Below the pieces are notes generated by a model, which saw nothing but the letters and a program-made list of their open reading frames with translations, made no database searches and was not told the origin of the DNA. DNA of 64,000 bases, taken from a virus (Duplodnaviria; Caudoviricetes). A program made the translations under genes and the position numbers. Location: positions 1-64,000 of the IMG/VR virus record IMGVR_UViG_3300021399_003927; one strand, given 5' to 3'. This document shows positions 33,667 to 43,609 of the stretch, in pieces (within the stretch, counting starts at the first letter, position 1; each line of letters opens with the position of its first letter).

Positions 33667-35076
33667 TCAAGTTGTTAGACTCTTAATTTTATTCTCTACG
33701 ACCTCAAAGCATTCATCTTTCGTAATGTTTGGGTTTTCGAAATAGGCATCTTTGACTGCCTCAAGCAGAACTCCAATTATCGGCCCACCTTTTAATTTAA
33801 ATTCTGCCATAATGTCTTTTCCATTTATAGGCAGTTTGATGTTGGCCATCTTATCAATGTCCTCAAGCTCTTCTATTCTGTTAAGAAGGTCGTACACTTG
33901 TCGTTTTTTCTTGCCGTATGTGGAATGTAGGTTATTGGCGTTCATTAGGTCAACCACTGTTCCGATGTCGTTTCCGCATAGATTCATGAACTTTCTGATT
34001 TTCTTATCTGGAGGTACTACACCATCCGCATAGATTTTGAAAATCCTATGATATTCTATAGCAGTTTGTACACTTTTAATGATGTAGTTTGGAAACTTCA
34101 TCATCTTCAAGTCTGTTGCTGCCACTTCTGCACTAAACTTGTCAGGACTAACTGTTCTCATTCTATCAGTAACAATCTTACCAACGTCATGGAATAACGC
34201 TGCCAATCTGCTTTCAAGGTATGGCTGCGTTTCGTCCAACACATTCATTGTATGGTCAAATGTTGTCACCATTGGGTTTTTAGACTCATACGCAAAGTTA
34301 GTGTCGTATATATCTGGCATTACCTTGTTCAGCACGCCACAGTAATACATTTTCCTTATGCCAACGCTAGGTTTGCTGCATGACAGAATTTTTGAAATTT
34401 CATCACTGATTCGTTCTTGTGATACGATTTCCAACCTATTTACGTTTTTAATCATACCAAGCCATGTGTCCTTATCAATACCCCATCCTAGACGAGTTGA
34501 GAAACGAATGACACGCAATATGCGCAATGGGTCATCGTTAAAAATGATGTCTGGGTCACTTGGTGTTCTAATGACTTGGTTGCACAAGTCATCCAAACCT
34601 TTTTTGTTGAAATCAAAAATCTGTTCTGTGCTGATGTTGTAGTAAAGAGCATTAATTGTCAAATCCCTTCTTGCAGCATCTTCTTCAATTGTTCCAAACG
34701 CAGTATCAGGATTTCTGCTCTCTTTTCTATATTGCTCCTTACGAGTCTGCACACATTCTATTTCAATGTCCTTTAGGTCTTCATCCTTGTACAATTGGAA
34801 CTTGGCTGTACCATAGTTCTCAAATACCACTGGGTTTGTATTGGCCGCATAGCACTGATTACGGATGGCCATAAAGTTAGCAAACAGTATCCCACCGTTG
34901 TGGATTTCTACAACAATATCAATGTCTTTGACTTTTTGTCCTAACAGCAAATCCCTTATACATCCACCAACGTAATACACCTTTCCTTCAAAATGCGTAC
35001 CTTTGATACATTGCTGAATAAGGTTTGTTAACTTTATTATTCTCTCGTCAGCATTCTTAAATAATACTTCGTTCAT
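33667..35076 (-). CDS. cca: tRNA nucleotidyltransferase (CCA-adding/poly(A) polymerase family) with HD domain
   Basis: VGGCIRDLLLG...KDIDI, EDAARRDLTINA, DDPLRILR.IRF, LFHDVGK. Confidence 0.9.
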   Translation of the reverse strand: MNEVLFKNADERIIKLTNLIQQCIKGTHFEGKVYYVGGCIRDLLLGQKVKDIDIVVEIHNGGILFANFMAIRNQCYAANTNPVVFENYGTAKFQLYKDEDLKDIEIECVQTRKEQYRKESRNPDTAFGTIEEDAARRDLTINALYYNISTEQIFDFNKKGLDDLCNQVIRTPSDPDIIFNDDPLRILRVIRFSTRLGWGIDKDTWLGMIKNVNRLEIVSQERISDEISKILSCSKPSVGIRKMYYCGVLNKVMPDIYDTNFAYESKNPMVTTFDHTMNVLDETQPYLESRLAALFHDVGKIVTDRMRTVSPDKFSAEVAATDLKMMKFPNYIIKSVQTAIEYHRIFKIYADGVVPPDKKIRKFMNLCGNDIGTVVDLMNANNLHSTYGKKKRQVYDLLNRIEELEDIDKMANIKLPINGKDIMAEFKLKGGPIIGVLLEAVKDAYFENPNITKDECFEVVENKIKSLTT

Positions 35077-35309
35077 TGGTAAGTATTTACAAATTCTTCT
35101 ATAACTTTCTGAATCCATTTTCTATTCATGTCCGCCCAATACCGAAAACCTTCATTAGTTTTGTTCCAAGGAATTGAGGCCACTGTAAAAAATGGCTTAT
35201 TAGGGGCTTGTCCAAACTTTCTTAAATAATAACAGTATTTCACGTAACACCCATTCTCTTTTAAGAACTTTGAAAGTTTGGGGCTAATCTGTTTTTCGCT
35301 TTCCATCAA
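35073..35309 (-). CDS. Small hypothetical protein
   Basis: FLK...WNKT.EG..YW pattern; coupled ORF. Confidence 0.6.
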   Translation of the reverse strand: MMESEKQISPKLSKFLKENGCYVKYCYYLRKFGQAPNKPFFTVASIPWNKTNEGFRYWADMNRKWIQKVIEEFVNTYQ

Positions 35310-36262
35310 TTTACAAACTCTAAAGGATATAAAAATCTTGACAATTCATGGTCATAGTAAAAAACTAGGTCAGAATCGTTTATTTTCATCCCATTGAGTA
35401 GTTTATACACTTGAGGGTAATAAGTGGCAGGAACGCAATGTAAACTGCGTCTACGCCCATTTAGATAATCTTCTTTAATATACGCCACAACCTTTGAGTT
35501 GGATGTATGACGTTTGAACTCCTTATGAGTGAGTTTAAACTTGTTCACTCTGAACATAAAGCCGTCATACTCCTTATCTGCGACTTTAACTCTCTCAAAT
35601 TCTTCCTCAGTTCCATTAAATTTGAGAATAATCTCATCTGTTTTAATGGAAAATAAGGTGAACTTGTCTCTAAGGTCATCGGCAAGCAGCCTAGCAAATT
35701 CATTGCTAATTCTTTTTTCAATTGCAGCAGTCCTTTTACCGTTCAGCTTACCGAATGTCTCTTGCCTAAGTTGCTTGGCCTTTTGGAAATATTCGATGTC
35801 AGTAAATTTGCTTATGAATTCCTCATAAGTTCTAGCATCCTTTACGATTGCTGGATTAGCATACCTCAATGCTTGGAAATTGGCCTTAATCATGTCGTAT
35901 GATATGAAAAAGCATCCGCTTTGCTCTTGAGTATAAAGTTCACGAGAACCTACGATAGGAGCATAGTCTTTAAGGACGTTCTTATCAGCGTTAAACTCCT
36001 TATAGGCTTCTGAGTTTTCAATATATGCCAATACATCTTTCACCACTTTGTTGCGATACTCTAGGAAACTGTTAGGGCTACCGTTGAACTTCTCTTCAAT
36101 TAGATTTAATAGAGAGTTATATTTGGTCAAAGCCCCACGGTCATCTTCAAGGAGTTTCAGAATATCCTCAAAGTATGGCGACTGTACCACTGGAATGGGC
36201 AGACTGAAATCACTTACAAAGCGGCTTCTGAGTTGTTTGATTTCTAATGATGTTTCTACCAT
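35306..36262 (-). CDS. Minimal divergent family-B DNA polymerase-like protein (palm/fingers only)
   Basis: Motif-A-like ISYDMIKANF, RQETFGKL helix, motif-C-like SIKTDEII; no exonuclease domain. Confidence 0.55.
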   Translation of the reverse strand: MVETSLEIKQLRSRFVSDFSLPIPVVQSPYFEDILKLLEDDRGALTKYNSLLNLIEEKFNGSPNSFLEYRNKVVKDVLAYIENSEAYKEFNADKNVLKDYAPIVGSRELYTQEQSGCFFISYDMIKANFQALRYANPAIVKDARTYEEFISKFTDIEYFQKAKQLRQETFGKLNGKRTAAIEKRISNEFARLLADDLRDKFTLFSIKTDEIILKFNGTEEEFERVKVADKEYDGFMFRVNKFKLTHKEFKRHTSNSKVVAYIKEDYLNGRRRSLHCVPATYYPQVYKLLNGMKINDSDLVFYYDHELSRFLYPLEFVN

Positions 36263-36332
36263 AATATATTTTTTTGCAAATATATGAAAAAAACGTGAGA
36301 TACCAAAATATCCCACGTTAAAGTTTATTAAA

Positions 36333-37103
36333 TCAGCCATTATTGATTGAACATTCAAATATTGTGACTAACGCATTTGGGTCTAGGTTCTTTATAAACC
36401 TATCATAAAACGTACTAACCCATTCAGTTTCATCGCCATTAAATGAATCTACGTCAACCCACCCATCTTTGTCAACAAAGGCATAGTTCCAATAAGAGGT
36501 GCTGTAGTTTACATACTCTTCTTCTGATTTGAATTTACGGAAATATGCTTCTTTGTCTTTCATGGCGTTATAGATGGCCTCTTCTTCCGTATTTGAAGGT
36601 GTTTTACCTTCCATAACCATTTCCCAAGCAGCTTCATAGACGCTTGTGTTTGTTCGTGTCATTGATTCCCAATCCACTTCACTTACATGAGCGGAGTAGG
36701 CTTCCATGCCATTTTTCAATAGCAATGGCATAGAGAAATTCCTTCCCACCCTACAAGTGTTGAAATGTGCATTAGGATTTTCGGTTGATAATGCATTTCC
36801 ATCCTCATCGTAATACATTCCATCTGTAAGTTGTCTGTAATACTCGAATGAGGTTTGCTTTTTAAGCTCTTCTAAGCGCGTTTTAAGCGTTTCTTGTGTG
36901 GTTGGTGGTATTCCTATCTTGTCAGCTTCATCAAGCAGTTTCTCAAGCGTTTTAATAGATGCTTGCTGATACTTCTTAGCATCAAGATATTTGTATTTGA
37001 CATATGGTTCGACTTCATAGTCTGCGCCATATTTCTCCATCATTTTCTGCGGCTCTTCTCCTACGGCCATTACAGAAAAAAATCTACTATTCGTCTGCGC
37101 CAT
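36333..37103 (-). CDS. Conserved phage hypothetical protein
   Basis: STENPNA.F, YAFV..DGW, LVTIFEC motifs. Confidence 0.7.
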   Translation of the reverse strand: MAQTNSRFFSVMAVGEEPQKMMEKYGADYEVEPYVKYKYLDAKKYQQASIKTLEKLLDEADKIGIPPTTQETLKTRLEELKKQTSFEYYRQLTDGMYYDEDGNALSTENPNAHFNTCRVGRNFSMPLLLKNGMEAYSAHVSEVDWESMTRTNTSVYEAAWEMVMEGKTPSNTEEEAIYNAMKDKEAYFRKFKSEEEYVNYSTSYWNYAFVDKDGWVDVDSFNGDETEWVSTFYDRFIKNLDPNALVTIFECSINNG

Positions 37104-37106
37104 AAA

Positions 37107-38558
37107 TTATCTGTTTGGATGGTTTAGTTCGCCTATATAGTGCGGCATTTCAAAATGTATTTGGCCACCCCTAACTGGTTCATATTCAATACGAGGTTCT
37201 TGAATGTCAACAGCAGCTGTTGCTGCGTCTGCTGCGAATATTTGGTTTAATACCCCACGGTTTTCTTCTCTTCGTGCTACGGCTGCATCCTCTACTTCTT
37301 CACCGTGCAGCAGTGTGTTAATGTAATCCCTAGCCGTTTGTTGGTCAATTCTGCCACCAAATATATCATTAAGGGAATCATCATCGTCATTTGCCACAGC
37401 AACAGCATCTACTCCTTCCATAGGTTCGCCACCTTCTACTTCTTCATCACCTATAAGCTCACCGTTCTCTACATCGTCCTCTTCAACGTCAAAGGCATTT
37501 GGCATTTCACTTCCTATGCTTTCAATTTTTTTAATAAGCTCATCCATCACTTCTTTATTGTAGGAAATTTTGGTTGAAGAATCAAAATTTACTCCAAAAT
37601 TAGCAGACACGCAATCATTGAAAGAATACGTTTCTTGTTTGCCTAGAGATTGAAACAGAATATCATTTACGATATTGTTGTGATTTGCCTTATATTTTGT
37701 GTAAAACCAAGTATATGGTTTTTTGTTTTTGCTAATAATCTTTTCATACACCTTATCCATGAGCCTTCTTTCATTAAGAATGTCCTCAAGGAGTGACTTG
37801 TCTTTCAACGCCCAAGAACTCTTATTGAAGGAGTTCGTGCCAGGAAATGCAAACGATGGACATGTGCTAGACACTATACAAGCGATGTCATAGTCTTCTA
37901 ATATACTGTCAATAGCCTTTTCATTGTAAACAAAGTTTTCATCTTCCCAATACAGTTTCCTACCGATTCTTTCTTGCTGCGCCTTTTTCCATTCCCTATC
38001 CAATGAAATGCTTCCACCCAAACAGAGGCAGTTGAATGATTTAAACTTAACTATTGAATAATCAGGTACTGTCTTCACATTTGACAGATTGATTTCTTCA
38101 TTGTTGAACAAACTAGGGTTGTCGCTGTTTCCTCTGACAAACAGCACATGGCAGTTATTGTCACTTAAAACTGTATTGAAATTGTTAAACTTAGAAATGT
38201 AGAAAGATGTGTCTTTGCTACCCAATCCACAATTTCCGCATACGATTACAATAGTGTCATTTAAGAAACTACGCACACTTGGCCTCATCTTTTTACGCCA
38301 TGCCCTAGAACTGTCAAATGTAGGAGCTTGCAAACCCAAAGGATTGGCAAAAGGATTGGCAACTTGTTCTCTAAGTCTTTCCTCTTCTTTCCTTTTAAGT
38401 CTCTCTTGTCTTTCAGCTTCTTTTGGATGAATTTCTTTTGATACGTTCTGTGTATGAGGCAGTCTTATTATAACGTTTTCGATGAATTTGTCAAGACCAT
38501 TTTCTATACTGCCATAAAGCACACACTTATTAATCGGTTCGTAATCATAAATTTTCAT
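37107..38558 (-). CDS. Metallophosphoesterase-fold protein with a degenerate active site and acidic tail
   Basis: YGSIEN, CGNCG, RGNSDNP, GGSISLDR, VSSTCP, WFYTKYK at the expected GDxHG, GD, GNHD, TH and GHxH positions. Confidence 0.7.
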   Translation of the reverse strand: MKIYDYEPINKCVLYGSIENGLDKFIENVIIRLPHTQNVSKEIHPKEAERQERLKRKEEERLREQVANPFANPLGLQAPTFDSSRAWRKKMRPSVRSFLNDTIVIVCGNCGLGSKDTSFYISKFNNFNTVLSDNNCHVLFVRGNSDNPSLFNNEEINLSNVKTVPDYSIVKFKSFNCLCLGGSISLDREWKKAQQERIGRKLYWEDENFVYNEKAIDSILEDYDIACIVSSTCPSFAFPGTNSFNKSSWALKDKSLLEDILNERRLMDKVYEKIISKNKKPYTWFYTKYKANHNNIVNDILFQSLGKQETYSFNDCVSANFGVNFDSSTKISYNKEVMDELIKKIESIGSEMPNAFDVEEDDVENGELIGDEEVEGGEPMEGVDAVAVANDDDDSLNDIFGGRIDQQTARDYINTLLHGEEVEDAAVARREENRGVLNQIFAADAATAAVDIQEPRIEYEPVRGGQIHFEMPHYIGELNHPNR

Positions 38559-38646
38559 ACTTGTTAGGTTTTTTAAAAATTCGACATAATATTTCTTTTT
38601 GCAAAGATATGTTTTTTTTTCTTAATTTCCAAAATTTGAACAATAA

Positions 38647-38683
38647 AAAATGAGTGATACTTTCAAAATCGCACCACTCATTT
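38647..38683 (-). terminator. Intrinsic terminator
   Basis: AAATGAGTG...CACTCATTT with an A-run on the plus strand. Confidence 0.65.
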
Positions 38684-38700
38684 CTGTATGTGTATGTAGT

Positions 38701-40743
38701 TTACATTGCCCTAGTAAGCTCGTATTCCAATGAGTCCTCCGTCTCAACCTCAACGTTGTCATTGAAGATGGCTTCGTTAGGCTTGATGTACTCCTTAAGG
38801 TCTATCTTACAAGACTTTGCGAGTTTCTTGTCCTCCTCCCTAACCTTAAGGTCAGGTCTCTGACCAATAATCTTCAATGCCTCAAGGTTGTTATTCACGA
38901 TGCACTGTCCAAGTGCAGCACAACCAAAGTCATTAACGTTGTTGACGTTGACGTTCTTCTTTGCTGCAAGAATTTTCACAACCCACAATTGGCTTGGGAA
39001 TTCACATGCCACGTTAATGGCCGTATCGTGATTAAGGTCAAGCGTATTGAAGTCGAATGTCTTGCTAGAAAGAATTGACTTAATCATGGTAGTAAGCAGT
39101 TTGTTGTCCTCCTTAGAAGTGACAATCTCATCACTGCCATGCAGATAAAGAAGTGACTCAAGAAGTGTCTCACCAAAGCCGTCTTCAATCTTAGAGTTGA
39201 ACTTAGGATGGTTCACAATAACATCGAAGAGCTTATACATCTTGTTGTTGATGGCAGAGAACACAGGAACTCTTGTGTTAAATTCATAGTTAACGTCAAT
39301 GTTGTTGCCCTCTTTATTGATAAGCTCAATTGCACCAAGCTCATCGTTCTCGTCAATCAGCTTGTGGAGCAAGATGGATGGGTCAATGGCCTCACGGTTC
39401 AGATATGCGTCACTTGAAATGCCAATCTTTGACAGATAGCCTTGCTTGGTCAAATCTGTTCCGAATGTTTCATTTGCACGAACCAAAGATAGTGTACCAT
39501 ATTGGTCTTTGCGGTACTGCATTGCAATCATGGACATGTCATCGTTGTAGTTGAGGTTGAAGTCCATGAAGAGATACAACTTATTATTGGTGTCCACAGA
39601 GAAGTTTCCACTCTTGATGAAACTGTGACCCACAAGCTTATCAAATCCATTCTTGTTAAGGATATTGATAATCAAACGACCATCGCCCTCGTATGCAATT
39701 GCATAGTTTGACGGTTCTTTCTTCACCATTTCAAGAATGGATGCAATAGTCCAAGTGAAACCAATGTTCCTAGGCAGACGCATGAACTTGCTAGCCTTAA
39801 CACCAATATTTGCAAGAAGCTTATGGATGTTAAGAGTTTCATTACCTTGCTTGAAATCACTTAGCATGTCTCTGTTGTCGCAAGTCTGAGCAATGATAAT
39901 TCCACTACCACCCTCAACTGTGAATCCAACGTGTGCGAAACAGTCAGTTTCCTTACGGCTGAAATCAAACAAGAAGTATTGGTCACGCTTGCCATCGTAA
40001 CGTGTCACATAATCTGAGAAGAAATGTGACTCACGAGTAATACACCACTGTGTACGGCCACTACCACAAAGCTTGTGGCTAGAATCGAATGACGGAACGC
40101 GAATAATAACAACAGACCCTTCGTTGTACACGATTTCGCAATCGCTAGCATTATGCTCAAGGTAACAAAGCATGTCTTCCTTATCCCATTCATATGTCTC
40201 TTCAAGACAGCTATTGATTGCCGCTAGCAAAGAGTCAGCAGTTTTCAGTGCAGAGCAAGTGCTATAGAACTTGTTCTTGCGACCCATAGGCTTTTTATTG
40301 AAGAGTTTGAACACATTGTACCATTTCTTAATCGTGGCATCGCTGTAAGCTTCAAGAGCCGTATATTCCTTATCAAGGAGTGCCTTGGTAAGAATCTTCC
40401 TTTGGTCAGTGTTAAAGTGCGAAATGATGTTCTTGATTAATGCCAATCTGTCAAGTCCTTCCATTTCCTTTTTCAACTGAGCAATACCTGATTTATTAGA
40501 GTAGGACACAATGTTCTTTTTCGCAAGCTTACTGATGAGGTTCTGATTTTCAGCAATCCAATCGTGAATCTGCTGTAAATCCTCAAAAGTTAATGACTGT
40601 GAGAAAATCATCTTAACAGCCCAATTCTGATAGTTGGTCTGCCCATCGAACATTTCTACTACGCTAATAAACAATTTGTTAGTCTCTGGATTGATTTGAT
40701 ACTTATCAATCAAGGGCTGCATCTGTTTTTTGTTGTAAGTCAT
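38701..40743 (-). CDS. WCI-motif (PcfJ-like?) domain protein with C-terminal ankyrin-like repeats
   Basis: LCGSGRTQWCITR..FF..Y...QYFLFDFS; VN.VNDFGCAAL..CI.NNNLE.LKII. Confidence 0.65.
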   Translation of the reverse strand: MTYNKKQMQPLIDKYQINPETNKLFISVVEMFDGQTNYQNWAVKMIFSQSLTFEDLQQIHDWIAENQNLISKLAKKNIVSYSNKSGIAQLKKEMEGLDRLALIKNIISHFNTDQRKILTKALLDKEYTALEAYSDATIKKWYNVFKLFNKKPMGRKNKFYSTCSALKTADSLLAAINSCLEETYEWDKEDMLCYLEHNASDCEIVYNEGSVVIIRVPSFDSSHKLCGSGRTQWCITRESHFFSDYVTRYDGKRDQYFLFDFSRKETDCFAHVGFTVEGGSGIIIAQTCDNRDMLSDFKQGNETLNIHKLLANIGVKASKFMRLPRNIGFTWTIASILEMVKKEPSNYAIAYEGDGRLIINILNKNGFDKLVGHSFIKSGNFSVDTNNKLYLFMDFNLNYNDDMSMIAMQYRKDQYGTLSLVRANETFGTDLTKQGYLSKIGISSDAYLNREAIDPSILLHKLIDENDELGAIELINKEGNNIDVNYEFNTRVPVFSAINNKMYKLFDVIVNHPKFNSKIEDGFGETLLESLLYLHGSDEIVTSKEDNKLLTTMIKSILSSKTFDFNTLDLNHDTAINVACEFPSQLWVVKILAAKKNVNVNNVNDFGCAALGQCIVNNNLEALKIIGQRPDLKVREEDKKLAKSCKIDLKEYIKPNEAIFNDNVEVETEDSLEYELTRAM

Positions 40744-40828
40744 TGATTATTTAATTTATATTATTCAACTTTTTTGTGCAAATATATAGTTAATTTTCAA
40801 AAATGCAAAGTTTTTCGTGTTAACAAAT

Positions 40829-41056
40829 CTAAAAACATGAAAAATATATTGTCCAAGCTATTATAATGACCATCATCATAATGAAGGAATATATTGCACT
40901 ACTCTTTGTTTCGTCTTCACTAAATGCAATTACTCTTACTGCTTTGCTGAATTTATCGTTTATGAAAAACACTGTAAATGCAATTGCAATAAATAAAACT
41001 AAAGCTTTTATCATTTTATGCCTAATATTATGTGGTGTGCCGTTAAGACACACCAC
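40829..41056 (-). CDS. Small two-TM membrane protein
   Basis: Two hydrophobic segments; likely start MIKALV. Confidence 0.55.
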   Translation of the reverse strand: MVCLNGTPHNIRHKMIKALVLFIAIAFTVFFINDKFSKAVRVIAFSEDETKSSAIYSFIMMMVIIIAWTIYFSCF

Positions 41057-41064
41057 TTATTATT

Positions 41065-43599
41065 TTAATCGTCACCCCTACGCAAATTATAAGGATTCAC
41101 ACCAACAGCAACTAAGTCATTTAACATGGTGGTAGTTACTGTAGCAACGGTAGACCACGTAGTGCGGTTTGACTTAGCAAACTTTTCACTGTCTTTGATT
41201 TGCTCATACAAATCGTTACACAGCTTCTTAGCCCATTCATGCTTATTTGAAATGTTTTTAGTAATTTCCTTAAGTTCCTCATCACCGTACATGACAGAAT
41301 ACCTAATAAAATGGGTAGTTGCATCGTTTCTCTGATTGAAATCAAGCCTGTTAATCATTGCAAGCAAGAATTCTTTAATCACATCGCCAACCAAACTAGA
41401 AGAAAATATGTTCGTGATAACCCTTCCGTAATGTCTAGAATACACTACAGTTGTTTTTTCGTTGGAAACCTCTTTCTCTAACAACATTTTCATTAGTATG
41501 TAGTTTCCCACATAAACAGTAAAGTTTCTGTCTGCTATTGAACGATTATAGAATGCTTCAATGTCTTCTTTCGAAGGTTTCTTAAAGTTGTTGTTCTCAA
41601 ACACCCTTTTGCCATAGTTTTTCATGTTGTTGAACACCATTTTGAACAATTCACTAACATAAGCCTCATCCAAGAATTGTGAAAGTATGTAGCCGTTGTC
41701 ATAGAATATGTCCAAGTAATCAAATGAAAGATAATCATTAACGGACATCTTAATCAAATGATACAAATGGTCATTGTCTATGTAGTTGTTCAACACAATT
41801 TCCATGACATTTTTGTCTTTTTCTAGACAATCTTTAATCATAGGTGTATTGAAATTTAAAAATGCATTCTTGAACTTCCTAGTATTATCATCAGTTCTTC
41901 TGATAATGTCATAAGGCACGCCAAATTCAATAAGCTTTGCATCGAAATTGTTTGAAATAGGTGTAGAGGTCTCATTATACATTGCATTGCAATAATCTTC
42001 ATCAGACCCACCATCGTATATAATAGCAAACTGGAGCTTGTTTGGGTCGTACTGACTCATTGAAAAGTCAATGAAAATGATGTGCTGTTCACCCCAATCG
42101 TCAGAAGAAACATTGTCCATGTAGGCATCACCAAAGAAATACTTGATGTTCTCATCAGTGACAGATAAGACAAGTTTGTCACCATCTGACTTGATAATGT
42201 CTACATTTTCAGCATTGACACATTCATATAGATAATCCATAAGTGCTTCCCTATCCCACTTGTAAAGCGGCTTGTCATAATGGGCAACCAAAGTAATATC
42301 TATATTGCAGTCTTGCATTATCTTATAGATGTTCTTACTAGTGTCAAATCTTGAAAGATAAGACGTGATATACTGCATGGCATTGTTGTCACTAACCATG
42401 AGGTTGTTGTTAACAAAGTCATGGGCTGACGTAATACCTTTATTATATGTGGTAGTGAATCCAACAATAGATAATTTTTCATCCTCAAGCTTTGAGAAGT
42501 CAAATATCATATACTGCGTTGTCTTGCCATGATGGTTTTCAATGTAGTTGTTCCAATATGATTTGTTCTTGGAAATACACCAGTTGGTTGTCTTACCCAA
42601 CTGCTTAATCGTCTCATAGTCAGCCACTTTCACAAGAACGACATTATCACTCTCGTATATGGTTTCATACTTAATACCCTCAACGTTCCTAATGAAGTCC
42701 ATAAATGAATCTTTGTTCCATTCAAAATGAACGCTAGTTATGTGGCGCATTTGCCTCATAAGCTCTTGGAAGTCTTCAATGGTAGAAACCTTTTTGATGA
42801 AGTTAATACGCTTGGTATCAGACAGCTTTGAGAACCTAGCAAGGGTCTTATTGTCAGTTTCAGACAATTCATTAGTCTTTAACAGCTTTTTCTGTGCGGT
42901 GTTGAAAGAGTTAATGGCATCGTTGATGCGCTTTCCGTTCCTAAGTTCAGAAAGCTCCTCCAACAGTTTGGCAATGGCATCAGGAGTTGTGTATGCCGTA
43001 ATACTACCTTTGCTAAGATTTTTGGACAACTGATTGTAATATTCGTTCCAAGTCAGTATGTTCTGGATTGTCCTCATTGAAACGCCATGCTGATAATGGA
43101 GATTAACTGCCCACTGGAAAAAGTTCTTAGAACCATCTGTGTAGATGTAAAGCCTTTTGATTCTTACGTCTTTAGTATTGAAGCCAATCTTATTACTGAG
43201 CGTTTTAATCATCTTGGCATTTTCTTTCAAAAATGCTTCGTAATCCTTGTCAAACGTTTTAGGCAATAAATATATTTCGTTGAAAAATATATTATATTCC
43301 GTAAAATTGTCATGGTCATGTCTAGGTCTGACTTCAAGTATTCTTGAATGCTCAATATCCTTTAGCTCCTTTTTCAGTTCTTTGCTATAACTAGTAATTG
43401 AGGTAAACCCATAGTTGTTTTGGTTATAATAACTGTTGAAGATAAACATACGTTCACCCATAAGGGGATTATCCTTTTCAGTTTTTACAACCTCACAAAT
43501 ATCATAGCCATGCTCGTTGCAACGGACTAATATTTTTTGGAGAGAGGTATCAGCTACCCTCCAAAGATGTCTGATACCTCTAATATTTGTTCCTATCAT
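41065..43599 (-). CDS. Large WCI-motif protein, paralogue of 38701..40743 (start revised to MIGTNIR)
   Basis: LGKTTNWCISK..YW..Y...QYMIFDFS..E...VGFT; FNTAQKKL vs FNTDQRKI. Confidence 0.7.
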   Translation of the reverse strand: MIGTNIRGIRHLWRVADTSLQKILVRCNEHGYDICEVVKTEKDNPLMGERMFIFNSYYNQNNYGFTSITSYSKELKKELKDIEHSRILEVRPRHDHDNFTEYNIFFNEIYLLPKTFDKDYEAFLKENAKMIKTLSNKIGFNTKDVRIKRLYIYTDGSKNFFQWAVNLHYQHGVSMRTIQNILTWNEYYNQLSKNLSKGSITAYTTPDAIAKLLEELSELRNGKRINDAINSFNTAQKKLLKTNELSETDNKTLARFSKLSDTKRINFIKKVSTIEDFQELMRQMRHITSVHFEWNKDSFMDFIRNVEGIKYETIYESDNVVLVKVADYETIKQLGKTTNWCISKNKSYWNNYIENHHGKTTQYMIFDFSKLEDEKLSIVGFTTTYNKGITSAHDFVNNNLMVSDNNAMQYITSYLSRFDTSKNIYKIMQDCNIDITLVAHYDKPLYKWDREALMDYLYECVNAENVDIIKSDGDKLVLSVTDENIKYFFGDAYMDNVSSDDWGEQHIIFIDFSMSQYDPNKLQFAIIYDGGSDEDYCNAMYNETSTPISNNFDAKLIEFGVPYDIIRRTDDNTRKFKNAFLNFNTPMIKDCLEKDKNVMEIVLNNYIDNDHLYHLIKMSVNDYLSFDYLDIFYDNGYILSQFLDEAYVSELFKMVFNNMKNYGKRVFENNNFKKPSKEDIEAFYNRSIADRNFTVYVGNYILMKMLLEKEVSNEKTTVVYSRHYGRVITNIFSSSLVGDVIKEFLLAMINRLDFNQRNDATTHFIRYSVMYGDEELKEITKNISNKHEWAKKLCNDLYEQIKDSEKFAKSNRTTWSTVATVTTTMLNDLVAVGVNPYNLRRGDD

Positions 43600-43609
43600 A
43601 TCGTAACTG

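Noticed and set aside
4436-36358. N-terminal extensions such as FFFVYLQK, FFSIHLQK, FFHIFAK on several ORFs
   Set aside because: They are translations of the promoter repeat, not a shared protein domain; starts were moved downstream
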